From assembly GCA_947625115.1 (NCBI GenBank), contig CANQND010000002.1, positions 3,692 to 67,691 of the forward strand: a stretch of DNA of 64,000 nt, given 5' to 3'. Both the position numbers and the translations under genes were made by a program. This document shows positions 54,319-64,000 of the stretch, piece after piece. Below the pieces are notes generated by a model. It was given only the letters and a program-made list of their open reading frames with translations. It was not told the origin of the DNA and searched no databases. Positions within the stretch are counted from its first letter, which is position 1, and each line of letters begins with the position of its first letter. The stretch comes from an uncultured Clostridia bacterium (GTDB taxonomy: Bacteria > Bacillota > Clostridia > Christensenellales > CAG-314).

Positions 54319-55908
54319 TTATTCGCCCGTGATACCTGCCTTGTCGATACCGTCTACAAAGTACTTTTGAGTGAAGAAGAACATAATTATCAACGGCAAC
54401 ACGTTGAGAAGCGTACCTGCCATATAGATTGCGTCGTTGACGGATTTGCCCGTTGTGGAGTCGGCACCGCCTCCGAAAGCGTTGTTGAATGCTTCTCTGA
54501 AACGTTGCAACTGCAAGGGCAGAGTGTAATCGGGCTGTCCGATGTACACTTGCGTGAGTACCGTTTCGTTGTAGTACCACACCACCGACAGCAAAAAGCT
54601 GAGCAGTATTGCGGGAACCGCGGCGGGCAGACCTATACGGGTGAAAATCTGGAAAGAATTTGCGCCGTCGATCTTGGCTGCTTCCACGACGGAATCGGGT
54701 ATGCCGCGGAAGAATTGGTAGAATATCAGAATGAATACCGCCGATTTGATACCTTGACCCAATGCCGCAGGTACAATGAAGCTAAGCACGTTGCCCGAGA
54801 AATGCAGGTTGGTAAAGATAACCAACTGCGGGAACATTGTAAGTTGCGGCGGAATGATAAAGGTGAGTATTATCAGACCGAACAGCACCTTTTTGCCGGG
54901 GAAGCGGAAACGCGCAAGACCGTAGGCTGTAAGGCAGCATGCCGCCGTCTGGAACAGCGCGGGCAACACCGAAACGTACGCCGTACGAGCAAGCGTGCCG
55001 AAAAATTTGATTGCCTGCGCCGCCTCGCTGTAATTGCTCCATTTCCACTCGGTGGGCCAATAGGTAACCAACGGGTTGATGACGTCGCTTTCGCCCATTA
55101 ACGAATAGGCAAGCATATACAACATTGGGTAGATGTACACAAAGCCGAACAAAATGAGCAATGCGTAGCAAACGATGAGCTGAATGGCACCTTTCTTTTC
55201 GTTGTTGCCGAGAAGCGCGGTTTTCCACTCGTCCTTGGTGCGGCGGCGGAAGAAATGCGCAAAGCGGCTCCTCATAAGGGTCACCTCGTCCACCTCTGCC
55301 TCGGCGTCCTCGTCGGAGTCGGCAAAGACGGGTTGTTCTTCGGTATTTTCTTCGGCAACGTCGACGGTTACGGCAACAGGCTCGGGTTTTGCCTCGTCAA
55401 GCGCGGGTTGCTCGGCAGGCAGGGTTCCCTCGGGGGTTTCAGCTGCCTTTTCGGCACGGCGACGGGCGCGCCTTTGATCGGCTTTGAGTTTCGCCTCTAC
55501 GCACAACGTCCACAGCATTTTGAAGAATACGCCTACGTTTTTGAAAAATCTGACGGTTTTATGCCATGCATTTACCCAAAAATCGCGGATACGGTGACCC
55601 AAATCGACAAAGTACTTGCGTATTTTACCGCCCAACGCCACAAAGAAATCTTTGCAACGTTTGCCGAAACTTTCTTTTTCAGGTTCGGTTTCGGGTTCGG
55701 CTTCCTCTGTCGGGGTTTCCTCTGCGGGACTTTCCGTAACTGTCGGGGTTTCGGCGGTTTCGGAAATTTCTTCCGCTACCGCGGGCATATCGGCGACCTC
55801 TGCCGACTGTTCTGTCGGTTCAACGTCCGCCGCGCGCTGTTCATCGACATTTTGCAACGGCTCGTTGTTGAGGTTTTCGTCTTTCGGGGTGTGAATGCGT
55901 TTTTTCAT
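54319..55908 (-). CDS. carbohydrate ABC transporter permease (MalG-like) with about 250-aa acidic low-complexity N-terminal extension
   Basis: ORF 54319..55989, trimmed to ATG 55908 (ATGA overlap with the upstream permease stop; RBS AAGGAGGG). The EAA loop is 'VVEAAKIDGANSFQIFTRIGLP'. The N-terminal extension is rich in E/T/P/A ('TESPAEETPTEEAEPETEPEKE'). Confidence 0.8.
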   Translation of the reverse strand: MKKRIHTPKDENLNNEPLQNVDEQRAADVEPTEQSAEVADMPAVAEEISETAETPTVTESPAEETPTEEAEPETEPEKESFGKRCKDFFVALGGKIRKYFVDLGHRIRDFWVNAWHKTVRFFKNVGVFFKMLWTLCVEAKLKADQRRARRRAEKAAETPEGTLPAEQPALDEAKPEPVAVTVDVAEENTEEQPVFADSDEDAEAEVDEVTLMRSRFAHFFRRRTKDEWKTALLGNNEKKGAIQLIVCYALLILFGFVYIYPMLYMLAYSLMGESDVINPLVTYWPTEWKWSNYSEAAQAIKFFGTLARTAYVSVLPALFQTAACCLTAYGLARFRFPGKKVLFGLIILTFIIPPQLTMFPQLVIFTNLHFSGNVLSFIVPAALGQGIKSAVFILIFYQFFRGIPDSVVEAAKIDGANSFQIFTRIGLPAAVPAILLSFLLSVVWYYNETVLTQVYIGQPDYTLPLQLQRFREAFNNAFGGGADSTTGKSVNDAIYMAGTLLNVLPLIIMFFFTQKYFVDGIDKAGITGE

Positions 55909-56792
55909 TTCTTCACCCTCCTTTCGTGTTTTTTGAAGATCAGCACGGACACGCCAAGCAGGGCAAGCATAACTATAAAGTAGATCCAAGCCATTGCCGA
56001 CGAATATCCGAAGCCGCCTGTTGCGCCTTGCTCGGTGTAGGCACTTGTTATGCGCATTACTATCGGGTTGAGCGAGAACACCGACTGCATTACCACCGTG
56101 AACACCACGTTAAGCACTATCGTCGGGTTGAGCGCGGGCAGGGTGAGCTTCCAGAACATCTCCCACTTGGACGCGCCGTCGATCTGCGCCGCCTCGTACA
56201 TATTTTTGTCCATCTTTTGCAAACCCGTCATAAACACCAATATCTGAATACCGCTGAACCACAGTATCATAATGAACTCGCTTGTGAGGAATTGCAACGC
56301 GTCCAACAAAAACTGCGGAACCGTGCCTGCAAGCGACTCGAAATTTATGAGTTGCTCTATCCCCGGGAAAGACGCAACGCCCTGCTCGATAAAGATACCG
56401 ATAACGGGACCGCTGGTGATGATGACGGGCAAAAAGAATACCGTGCGGAAAAATCCCGTACCCTTTAACTTGCTGTTGAGCAACATTGCAAGTATCAACG
56501 ATATTACCGTGATGACGGGGACGTACAGCACCAACTTGATAACGTAGTCCTTGATACCGTTGATGAAATCCGTATCCTTAGACAGGGCATAGATATAGTT
56601 GCTGAATCCTACGCTCTCCGTTTGGAAACTGCCCGAATCTACGGTGACGTTGCTGAAACTGAAAATCAGAGTTTGTATTATCGGGTAAAGGGTGAACACC
56701 ATGAAGCCTACAAGCCACAGGGCGCAAAAACCGTAGCCCGACAATATATCTGAACGCGAATATTGAACTTTGGGTTTTTTGTTGTTTTTCAT
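55905..56792 (-). CDS. carbohydrate ABC transporter permease (MalF-like)
   Basis: 295 aa, six hydrophobic segments, EAA loop 'MYEAAQIDGASKWEMFWKLTLP'. Confidence 0.85.
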   Translation of the reverse strand: MKNNKKPKVQYSRSDILSGYGFCALWLVGFMVFTLYPIIQTLIFSFSNVTVDSGSFQTESVGFSNYIYALSKDTDFINGIKDYVIKLVLYVPVITVISLILAMLLNSKLKGTGFFRTVFFLPVIITSGPVIGIFIEQGVASFPGIEQLINFESLAGTVPQFLLDALQFLTSEFIMILWFSGIQILVFMTGLQKMDKNMYEAAQIDGASKWEMFWKLTLPALNPTIVLNVVFTVVMQSVFSLNPIVMRITSAYTEQGATGGFGYSSAMAWIYFIVMLALLGVSVLIFKKHERRVKK

Positions 56793-56824
56793 AGCCGTTT
56801 AGTAATGTTTTTGGTTTTGGTCGG

Positions 56825-58951
56825 TCAATGCACCGCTACGGCAGATTGCGCTTCCACCGTCACGCCGTTGTAGGCGTAGGGTTGAGAGGAATAGTTGACT
56901 ATTGTTTTGTAACCGTTGGAGTAGGTGTTGATGTACACCTCTTGCCCATCGACTTTTTCTCTGCGAACTATCTGCTCGCCCACCACATTTTGCAACACGG
57001 CGTTCACGTCCTCGTAGGTTTGACGAACGGTGTAGCTCCACACGTCGTAGGAAGAGGTGAATATGCTTTGACTGTCGGTGCCGTAAAGCTCGATTGCGTC
57101 CTCCTTGGTGAGAATGAACGAGGGGTACACGTTGCTGTCGATGAGGCGCAACGTGAGGCTCTTGCCCGTGTAGTCCAAGTTGAGCGCAGAGGAGTACATA
57201 GGAACGTAGCCGCCCAGCACCATCTGCAAGAAAGGAACGCTTTCCGTTTCGATAAGGTAGGCGGAGTACTCGATGGGAGTATCTACGTAGCTATCCATAA
57301 GGTTGAACATATAGCTGTTGGGGTTGGACAGCGAAATGCTCACATCGGCGGTTTTGACAAGTTCTACCGTTTGCTTTATGAGATCGGTGCGGGTGAACGC
57401 TTCCGTTTTGTAGCCGCCGAACAGCAAACTGCCGAGGTTGGTCGCCTCCAAACCCGCATTGAAGCTACCCAAACGGGAAGCGTCGCTCTTCAAAAGTTTT
57501 GCCGTGTAAGACGGTTTTAGCAAACTGAATGTTGCTGTGGAACCTGCACGAGTGTCGTTAAGCACCACAAACTGCTCCGAGATGTTTTGCGTCAAGTTGG
57601 AGTTGGAAACATTTGCCCTGTCGTAGGCGCGAACGTAATCGACCGTAAAGTTGAATGGTACGTCCAACATAGCAAGTCTGGAACCCAAATTGCGGTAGCC
57701 CGCCTTGTTAGCCATTGGGAACACCGACGGTTTGGAACCGCCCAAGCCGCCGCTTTGGTAGCCCGTGACAGCCACCGTGAGTCCCTTGCAGTAGTAGGAA
57801 ACGCTTTCCGCAGTTTGAAGTACGAAATCGGGGTCCGTCATACGGACTGTTTCGCGCCCGAACATACTTGGCTTGTTGTCCGCCATAAGGAATTGCAGGC
57901 GCATTCCCACATTGTCGATATTCTTCTTGTCGATGTCGAGGTAGTTGTCGCGATAGAGCGCGGCAACGTCGGCAATGTTGACGTTTGACTTGCCCATAAG
58001 GTTGAAATCAACGCTTGCGTCAAAGTGGTTGCGTTCATCTTGAAAATCGTTGGTGTGCGTGTTGGAATCGAGGAAACGCTCGTACTCCTCACGATAGATG
58101 AAGCGGAAACCCGTGCGGTTGTAGGGTATACGCCCAATGCCGCTTGTGCCTGCGGTGATATTGGCGTACTCCGCCCCGTCGGAAGCCACCATCATCGTGG
58201 TGTGATCGCCGTACATTGTGGCTACCACAGGCATTGTGATACGGTGAGGCTCGTTGGCGCGCGACGTGGGTGCCGTGATACCGATGTCGTTGCCGTACAC
58301 GCGCTGAGAGTACTCGTTTTGAGCGTTGCCGGGCGTGTTGAGGTCGATAAGCGCGCCGCTACCGTCGGGAATGAATATATTTCCGCCCTCAACGGTTTGA
58401 TAACTGCTGTCGAAATAGGGGTAGACGGCGATTTGCTCCAACTTGTAGGTAGAAGTTTCCTTTATCGACGAATCAGGCACGGTGACGCTTAGCTTGTCGC
58501 CTTTCAAGCGCACTTCCACTTTGAAAGAAATGCCTATATCCGTCAGACGGACGGTGGCGTCAAAGCCGTCGTCCCTTTCGATAAAGTCGCGTTCCTTTAT
58601 GGGCTGCGTGGTGATACGCGTTATGGGACGATCGTACCGCGTGGAGTTGCCTCTGCGGAAAGAACGATACATAACATAGAGTCCGTCCTCGATGTTTTTG
58701 ACGTTGGTTTCGTCGTCGGACGGGTCTACCTTGCCGCTTGTCCATTCAAGATCGCCCTTTTTGAGGGAGAGATTGAGGTTTGTTTTGTCAACTGTGAGTT
58801 CGTAGTCGCCCACGGTGCGGGTGTAGAAGCCCTCCGCTCCGCTACCCTCATCGGCAAGCGTGGACGGCTCGCCCTCGGTGGCAACGGCTATGCCCACTGT
58901 GGAGCAAATGACCGCCACTGCCAAAAGAATGAAGAACAGTTTTTTACGCAT
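56825..58951 (-). CDS. large secreted protein (708 aa) of a sugar-utilisation locus, unknown function (possibly DUF5696-like)
   Basis: ORF 56825..58981, trimmed to ATG 58951. 'MRKKLFFILLAVAVICSTVGIAVA' is a signal peptide. No catalytic motif was recognised. The family guess is from gene context and memory only. Confidence 0.45.
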   Translation of the reverse strand: MRKKLFFILLAVAVICSTVGIAVATEGEPSTLADEGSGAEGFYTRTVGDYELTVDKTNLNLSLKKGDLEWTSGKVDPSDDETNVKNIEDGLYVMYRSFRRGNSTRYDRPITRITTQPIKERDFIERDDGFDATVRLTDIGISFKVEVRLKGDKLSVTVPDSSIKETSTYKLEQIAVYPYFDSSYQTVEGGNIFIPDGSGALIDLNTPGNAQNEYSQRVYGNDIGITAPTSRANEPHRITMPVVATMYGDHTTMMVASDGAEYANITAGTSGIGRIPYNRTGFRFIYREEYERFLDSNTHTNDFQDERNHFDASVDFNLMGKSNVNIADVAALYRDNYLDIDKKNIDNVGMRLQFLMADNKPSMFGRETVRMTDPDFVLQTAESVSYYCKGLTVAVTGYQSGGLGGSKPSVFPMANKAGYRNLGSRLAMLDVPFNFTVDYVRAYDRANVSNSNLTQNISEQFVVLNDTRAGSTATFSLLKPSYTAKLLKSDASRLGSFNAGLEATNLGSLLFGGYKTEAFTRTDLIKQTVELVKTADVSISLSNPNSYMFNLMDSYVDTPIEYSAYLIETESVPFLQMVLGGYVPMYSSALNLDYTGKSLTLRLIDSNVYPSFILTKEDAIELYGTDSQSIFTSSYDVWSYTVRQTYEDVNAVLQNVVGEQIVRREKVDGQEVYINTYSNGYKTIVNYSSQPYAYNGVTVEAQSAVAVH

Positions 58952-61019
58952 GAGTGAACATCTCCCTGAACAATGACGCAAAGTAACCGAAGAATTGGGT
59001 TACCAACATGCGCAGCACAATGATGAAGAGAATCGCCATTGCGAAGGCAAACACCGTGAGAATTACATTCTTTACAGCTTGCCAGAAAGTGTAGTCATGC
59101 AGTTCCATTATCGCACGGAACACGCAAACCGCGCTCCAACCGTAGATAACGACCATCATGACGTCGTAGATTATTTGCTCGTTGTAGGTCAAAAACCTGC
59201 TTATGATGAACATCGGCAACGCAAGTATCAGATAGGGCGCAAGAGCGTATATGAACGAGATGAAGCAGTGCTTCAACTTGCCCTCGCCGTCCGATACCGT
59301 GCTTACGAAGTAGTTGCACAGCACCAAGCCCAACAGCACCGCCGTGGACGTTAGCACGATACGCAACGCATTGCTGTTGTACACGCTGTTGTTGTTGAAC
59401 AGGTAGCCCGTAACGATGACGCTCAGCAACTGCAACACCACAAACCACACGTACAGCACTATCGCCGACCAAATGCTTGTGGCACCGTGGTACTTTGTTT
59501 GGTAAACCGCGTCGGGCGTGGACTTGAAATACGTACCCGTGTACAGCAGTTCGCGCACTATTTTGGCGTTTTTGACCTTGCCTACGCCTTTCTTTATGGG
59601 CGCAAGTACTTTGGGCTTCTTTTTGTCCAATATCTTCCACACCACCACAAGCACGATTATCACAAGTATCACCGAAACTATCCAGCCGATGTTGTCTTGC
59701 AACCAATCGTTGCGGATTTCCCAATATGCCTCGGAGTAGCCCGCCTTGTCCTCGGCGAGTTTGAACTGCCTGAGAGCCGTTTGGTAGTCGCCTTTCTTCA
59801 TACTTGCGCGAGCCAACGCCTTGTAGGATACGATGAAACTGCTGTTCAGTTGCAAAATGTTCTTCCAAAGCCCCTCGCCTTCGAGGTACAGACCGTCCTT
59901 GTAGTAGCGGACCGCCTCAAACACCTTTTCGGCAAAGTCGGTACGCTCATAGCGCACGATCATATTGTACTTGGAGTCCAACACTATCAAACTGCCGTCT
60001 TTCAACACGCTTATCGCCTTGGGAGAAACCAAGCTGCCCAAACGTTCGTCGATATCCTCTCCGCCGAAGCAGAACAGCAAGTCGCCGTAGCTGTCGAACA
60101 CGGCGATGTGTCCGTCCGAAGTGACGGAGTAGATGTTCTCGTCGTCGTCGATGCTTATCGCCTCGGTGTTGGAGTAGTTGACCGCGGGCGACATAATGGC
60201 GTTGCCCAACGTGTTGAGTTTCTTGACCGTGTTTTGGAATGCGTTGTTCGTCACCGTGTAGATGAGTCCTCGGCTACTGATAGCAACGTTAGTGGGAGTA
60301 CGCGGCGCAGAAAGGAACAGCTCCTTTTGCTCCTTGGAGAAGAACAGATTCTGGAAGAACGATTGGAACGTGGATTCCGTTTCGTTTGCGCCCACATAGC
60401 CTACAAATTCGCTTTTAAGAGTGCCGTCCTCCTGCTCTTGCAGGTTAAGCTGCATAAGACCCGAAACGCACCCCTCGCTGACGAGGTAGATGTTGCCGCG
60501 GTTGTCCACTTTGAGCTTTTGCGGCACAAAGGGAGTATCCGCGCCGACAAGAGGATTGTCGGGACGACCCACTTCGCCGCGCAGTTCGCCCGTTGTTTTG
60601 TTGAAGACGTAGATCTTTTGATTGCTCTCATCTGCAACGTACAGCCAATCGCCGCTTATCGCAACGCCCGTCGGCTTGGAAAGCGTGCCGTTACCTATCA
60701 AAGACGAGTCCGTGCTTTCAAGAGTCTTTTCCTTACCGTCAAGATCCAGCACCTGAACGCATTGCGTGATGGGATCGGCAATGTAGATGCTGTCGTTGTC
60801 CTCGTCCACCGCCATATCCATTTCAGGCACGGTGTCCTCCACTGTGCCGGGCAGAAGAGTCTTGCCCGTGGGAGTGTAGGCGGTCTGCGTAGGCACGATA
60901 CTGCCCTCGGGACCGACGGTTTCGGTGGAATAAGGCACGGCAAAGGCAATCGAGGGCATAGCGAACACAGCGATCGTCGCTAACACAAGGATTGCAATTA
61001 CTATATACCAACGTTTCAC
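58944..61019 (-). CDS. signal-anchored NHL-repeat beta-propeller, TPR-like segment and C-terminal Yip1-like polytopic membrane domain
   Basis: The ORF-track start 61115 overlaps the upstream permease gene. I prefer GTG at 61019 (GGAGG 7 nt upstream; VKRWYIVIAILVLATIAVFA). NHL-like blades are 'SKPTGVAISGDWLYVADESNQKIYVFN' and 'NRGNIYLVSEG'. The TPR-like segment is 'KKGDYQTALRQFKLAEDKAGYSEAY'. Five C-terminal TM helices. Confidence 0.6.
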   Translation of the reverse strand: MKRWYIVIAILVLATIAVFAMPSIAFAVPYSTETVGPEGSIVPTQTAYTPTGKTLLPGTVEDTVPEMDMAVDEDNDSIYIADPITQCVQVLDLDGKEKTLESTDSSLIGNGTLSKPTGVAISGDWLYVADESNQKIYVFNKTTGELRGEVGRPDNPLVGADTPFVPQKLKVDNRGNIYLVSEGCVSGLMQLNLQEQEDGTLKSEFVGYVGANETESTFQSFFQNLFFSKEQKELFLSAPRTPTNVAISSRGLIYTVTNNAFQNTVKKLNTLGNAIMSPAVNYSNTEAISIDDDENIYSVTSDGHIAVFDSYGDLLFCFGGEDIDERLGSLVSPKAISVLKDGSLIVLDSKYNMIVRYERTDFAEKVFEAVRYYKDGLYLEGEGLWKNILQLNSSFIVSYKALARASMKKGDYQTALRQFKLAEDKAGYSEAYWEIRNDWLQDNIGWIVSVILVIIVLVVVWKILDKKKPKVLAPIKKGVGKVKNAKIVRELLYTGTYFKSTPDAVYQTKYHGATSIWSAIVLYVWFVVLQLLSVIVTGYLFNNNSVYNSNALRIVLTSTAVLLGLVLCNYFVSTVSDGEGKLKHCFISFIYALAPYLILALPMFIISRFLTYNEQIIYDVMMVVIYGWSAVCVFRAIMELHDYTFWQAVKNVILTVFAFAMAILFIIVLRMLVTQFFGYFASLFREMFTHA

Positions 61020-61063
61020 AAAGAAACCTCCGTAATTCTTTATCGTAAATTTGCCTTTTGTTT

Positions 61064-61936
61064 TTACTTGATACCCGAATGCGCCATAGTGTCCATAACC
61101 TTGCTCTGCATACATATAAATATGATGAGGTTGGGCAGGAACATTATCAGCGCGCTTGCCGCCGTTATACCTTGCGTCACCGTGGACGAGCCGCCCGATG
61201 AGAAAGTCGTGATATAGTAGGCAAAGGTTTTCAGACTTTCGTTGTTAAGGTACAGCGTGGAAGCCTCCACGTTGCCCCATGCCGATTGGAAAGACAGTAT
61301 TGCCACCGTAGCAAGAGCGGGACGCACCATTGGAATGATGACTCTGAACAATATCGTCCACTCTCCCGCGCCGTCCATCTTGGCCGCCTCTATCAAGGGG
61401 TCGGGAATTTGGTCCACAAACTGTTTGAGCAGGAACACGCCTATCGGCATTGCAATTATCGGCAGAATGTTGGTGATAAATCTGTCCACCAAGCCGAGGT
61501 TGACGATGATGATGAAGCGCGGTATCGACACTGCAATAGGCACAAACATAAGCGCGAGCGTGTTTATCTCAAACAAAACGTTTCTGCCTTTGAAGTTCTT
61601 TTTGGAAAGCACATAGCCTGCCGAAACGGCAAGGAAAATGCTTATCACCACAGTCAGTATCGTGACGATAACGGAGTTGAACAAATACCTCGAAGCCGGC
61701 ACGGACGATCCTGCCATTAACTCGAACAACGCTTTGTAGTTGTCCCAAGTGGGATTTTTTACAAAGAAGCTGGGCGGGAATTTGAACAGCTCGTCTGCGG
61801 GTTTGAATGCCGTTGTAAAGATGTAAATGATGGGCAACACCATAAACACCGCAAAGGGCAACAGTATGATGTAGAACTTTAACTGACTGATATGGAAATG
61901 CTTGGGGTTTATCTTTTTTCCTTGAAATGACGCCAT
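61064..61936 (-). CDS. carbohydrate ABC transporter permease (MalG-like)
   Basis: 290 aa. EAA loop 'LIEAAKMDGAGEWTILFRVIIP'. Six TM segments. Confidence 0.85.
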   Translation of the reverse strand: MASFQGKKINPKHFHISQLKFYIILLPFAVFMVLPIIYIFTTAFKPADELFKFPPSFFVKNPTWDNYKALFELMAGSSVPASRYLFNSVIVTILTVVISIFLAVSAGYVLSKKNFKGRNVLFEINTLALMFVPIAVSIPRFIIIVNLGLVDRFITNILPIIAMPIGVFLLKQFVDQIPDPLIEAAKMDGAGEWTILFRVIIPMVRPALATVAILSFQSAWGNVEASTLYLNNESLKTFAYYITTFSSGGSSTVTQGITAASALIMFLPNLIIFICMQSKVMDTMAHSGIK

Positions 61937-61951
61937 TTTGTACCTCCTCTA

Positions 61952-62917
61952 TCAGTCCTTTTCCGTCAAAATCTTGCGGATTATCTTGGAAAGCAGGTAT
62001 ATCAGCAACAGCAACACCACGCTGACGGCTGCGGCATAGCCCATTTCGTAGCGAATGTAGCCGTAGTCCTCTATGTGGTTTACCATTAACTGACCCGCAT
62101 AGTTGGGCGTCGGGTTGGAGCCTGATAACTGCACGCCTATCGCGCCCGCTTGGAAAGTGTTGACAACCGCCATAACCGCGCCGAACAACAATTGCGGTTT
62201 CATCGAGGGCAACGTGACGTACCAGATTTCCTGCGCACGGTTTTTCATACCGTCCATATACGCCGCCTCGTACAGTTCGGGGTCGATATTCAATATACCC
62301 GAAAGCATTGCCAAGAAGCCTACGCCCATGCTGGACCAAATGGTAACGATTATCATAATGGGCATAAGGTATTCCTCGCTTTGCAACCATTGTATCGCTT
62401 CGGAAATCACGCCCCATTTGAGCAAAATCGCGTTCAAATAGCCGTTGGGGTCGCCCGAGAAAATGGTTGTCCACACCACCTGCATTGCAACGCCCGCGGT
62501 AAGCGACGGCGAATAGATGAGCAATGCAAGTATTGTACGGGGAAGTTTGGGTATCTGCGCAAGCATCCACGCCAACAGGAAGGAAAGCAGATAGCCGGTA
62601 GGTCCCGCGATAAGCGCGAACTTTATCGTGTTGGGCAGTACTTTCTGCATAAATTCCTTGTCCGCCGTAAACAACCTTATGTAGTTGGTAAAGCCCACAA
62701 AGTGCGGCGAACTGATACTGTTGAAGTCGGTAAACGACAGCCCTATGGCGATAACGACGGGCAACACTATGAACACAACAAAGGAAAGGATATAGGGTGC
62801 AATAAGCAACGCCGTTGTAAATCCGCTTCTTTTGCCGCCTATCTTAGTGTTGTTTTTCAACTCGTTTCGTGCGGGCAGGCGCGTGGCTTTTTTCTTTTTG
62901 ATTGTAGCTTCTTCCAT
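61952..62917 (-). CDS. carbohydrate ABC transporter permease (MalF-like)
   Basis: ORF 61952..62974, trimmed to ATG 62917 (RBS GAGGAGA). EAA loop '[23 protein letters not shown]'. Confidence 0.85.
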   Translation of the reverse strand: MEEATIKKKKATRLPARNELKNNTKIGGKRSGFTTALLIAPYILSFVVFIVLPVVIAIGLSFTDFNSISSPHFVGFTNYIRLFTADKEFMQKVLPNTIKFALIAGPTGYLLSFLLAWMLAQIPKLPRTILALLIYSPSLTAGVAMQVVWTTIFSGDPNGYLNAILLKWGVISEAIQWLQSEEYLMPIMIIVTIWSSMGVGFLAMLSGILNIDPELYEAAYMDGMKNRAQEIWYVTLPSMKPQLLFGAVMAVVNTFQAGAIGVQLSGSNPTPNYAGQLMVNHIEDYGYIRYEMGYAAAVSVVLLLLIYLLSKIIRKILTEKD

Positions 62918-62933
62918 TTGAAATCTCCTCAAA

Positions 62934-64000
62934 TCAATTGTTATTGCCGCGCTTGTACGCTTCAATATCTTCAAGAGTCGTCAGCTTGTATTGTCGGACG
63001 ATTTTGCCGTCTTTCACGTAGCCGAATTCCTCTAACTTGCGCATTAGTTCTTTGTCTATCTTGGTTACCGCGTCCTCCACGGCGGAACGGGTGTTCTGAC
63101 CGTTGATGACGATCTTGTTCCACGCGTTGCTCAATTCGCGTTCAAGCATATACCAACCGGGTACTTTGGGTATCTCTCTCATCCACTCCCATTGCTCCAA
63201 TATCACCTTTTTGTCGGCACTGCTAAAAGCAACGGAGTTGCTGAATGCTTTGATATTTGCGCTGTTCCAGATGTACGCTTTGCCGTACAGCATTGTCAAG
63301 CGGTTCATAAATTCCGTTTGAATGTTTTCGCTCGACCACCATTTAAGCACTTCCCAACCCGCTTTGTCCTTGTCGTCGTTGCCGCTCTTGAACAATGCCA
63401 TAGAGGTCGCGCTACCCGTTTGCCAACGTTCTATCTCGCCCTCTTCGTTTTCCACTCCCGGCGAGAGTGCCACGCCCCACTTGCCCGCTATTTCCGGCGC
63501 GGCCATATTGAGGCGAATGTAGGTGTCGAACGTGGAAATACCTATCGGCAAACTGCCGTTGCGGAAGTTGTCGAAGAAGTTGCTTATCTGTTGGGGCAAG
63601 CCGTACAGCGTGTACAGCTCGGTCATAAGTTTGATTGCTTCGAGGCTTTCGCTGTCCGCTATCGTAGTGCGGGTGGCGTCGTCGCTGAACAGGTTGCCGC
63701 CGTACTGATAGATAAAGGGCGCGGTTGTCATTATCGACTTGCTTGCCGTACTGCTGCTTAGCGGAATGTAGAAGTTCAAACCTCTGCGCTGTAACTCGGG
63801 CAACATACTGATTACGTCATTCCACGTCTGCGGCAATTTGTCCTCGGTGTAGCCGAGGCTTGCAAGCACGTCCTTGCGATAGTACATAACGTAGAAGTCC
63901 TGCGTTTCGGGCAGAGCCAAGCCCTTGCCGTCGGCGATAAGGGAAATCATTGCGCCGCTACTGAAACGTTGCAACACCTCGCCGTAATCGGGGAATTGCG
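62934..64000 (-). CDS. extracellular solute-binding protein (ABC sugar uptake), C-terminal part; 5' end outside the window
   Basis: The reading frame is open to base 64000. The track 'M' at 63977 is an internal GTG, and manual translation upstream gives ...QFPDYGEV. The content is typical of a family-1 SBP ('[21 protein letters not shown]', '[10 protein letters not shown]'). It lies upstream of two permease genes. Confidence 0.75.
   Translation of the reverse strand, partial: QFPDYGEVLQRFSSGAMISLIADGKGLALPETQDFYVMYYRKDVLASLGYTEDKLPQTWNDVISMLPELQRRGLNFYIPLSSSTASKSIMTTAPFIYQYGGNLFSDDATRTTIADSESLEAIKLMTELYTLYGLPQQISNFFDNFRNGSLPIGISTFDTYIRLNMAAPEIAGKWGVALSPGVENEEGEIERWQTGSATSMALFKSGNDDKDKAGWEVLKWWSSENIQTEFMNRLTMLYGKAYIWNSANIKAFSNSVAFSSADKKVILEQWEWMREIPKVPGWYMLERELSNAWNKIVINGQNTRSAVEDAVTKIDKELMRKLEEFGYVKDGKIVRQYKLTTLEDIEAYKRGNNN

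Overview
The window reads as chromosomal DNA from a spore-forming Firmicutes or Clostridia-like bacterium. That taxon is an inference from spmA-spmB, rpsF-ssb-rpsR, GGAGG-type RBSs and frequent ATGA/TAATG gene overlaps. No rRNA or tRNA is present to confirm it. The window is almost entirely coding, mostly on the minus strand.

Layout:
- 1-4.5 kb: spmB/spmA and metG-tatD-queH.
- 4.57-5.22 kb: a non-coding repeat cluster between convergent genes.
- 5.4-12.6 kb: a four-gene envelope operon. It encodes a polytopic-membrane::ABC-ATPase fusion, a permease, a small anchored protein and an 887-aa lipoprotein.
- 12.8-24.5 kb: housekeeping genes. These are a PHP phosphatase, an M14 peptidase, tilS, rsmA, rpsF-ssb-rpsR, an esterase, ung, a tldD/pmbA pair and small redox proteins.
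- 24.6-47.7 kb: the stand-out region (described below).
- 47.9-64 kb: two carbohydrate ABC-uptake loci. They carry two GH144-like (putative glucoamylase family) paralogs, a lipoprotein with five CBM-like modules, an NHL-TPR-Yip1 membrane protein and a large secreted protein.

The stand-out is a tightly coupled 10-gene, ~23 kb minus-strand operon behind a near-consensus promoter. It combines four unrelated NTPase families:
- an Hsp70/actin-fold ATPase;
- an SNF2 helicase with a Cys-rich tail;
- a 1527-aa DUF4011/Upf1-like SF1 helicase;
- a classic AAA+ ATPase.

The same operon also encodes an HExxH protein, zinc-ribbon and Sel1-repeat proteins, two helical proteins with low-complexity tails, and a 1747-aa polytopic membrane protein carrying at least 12 Ig-like repeats. 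I cannot match this architecture to any named defence or other system I know, and I flag it as the candidate novel system.

I recognised no rRNA, tRNA, CRISPR array, transposase or integrase. All domain calls were made by eye from sequence motifs. No searches or computations were run. ORF-track 'M' residues can be alternative start codons (for example TTG at 47643), so several starts were re-picked using RBS context.
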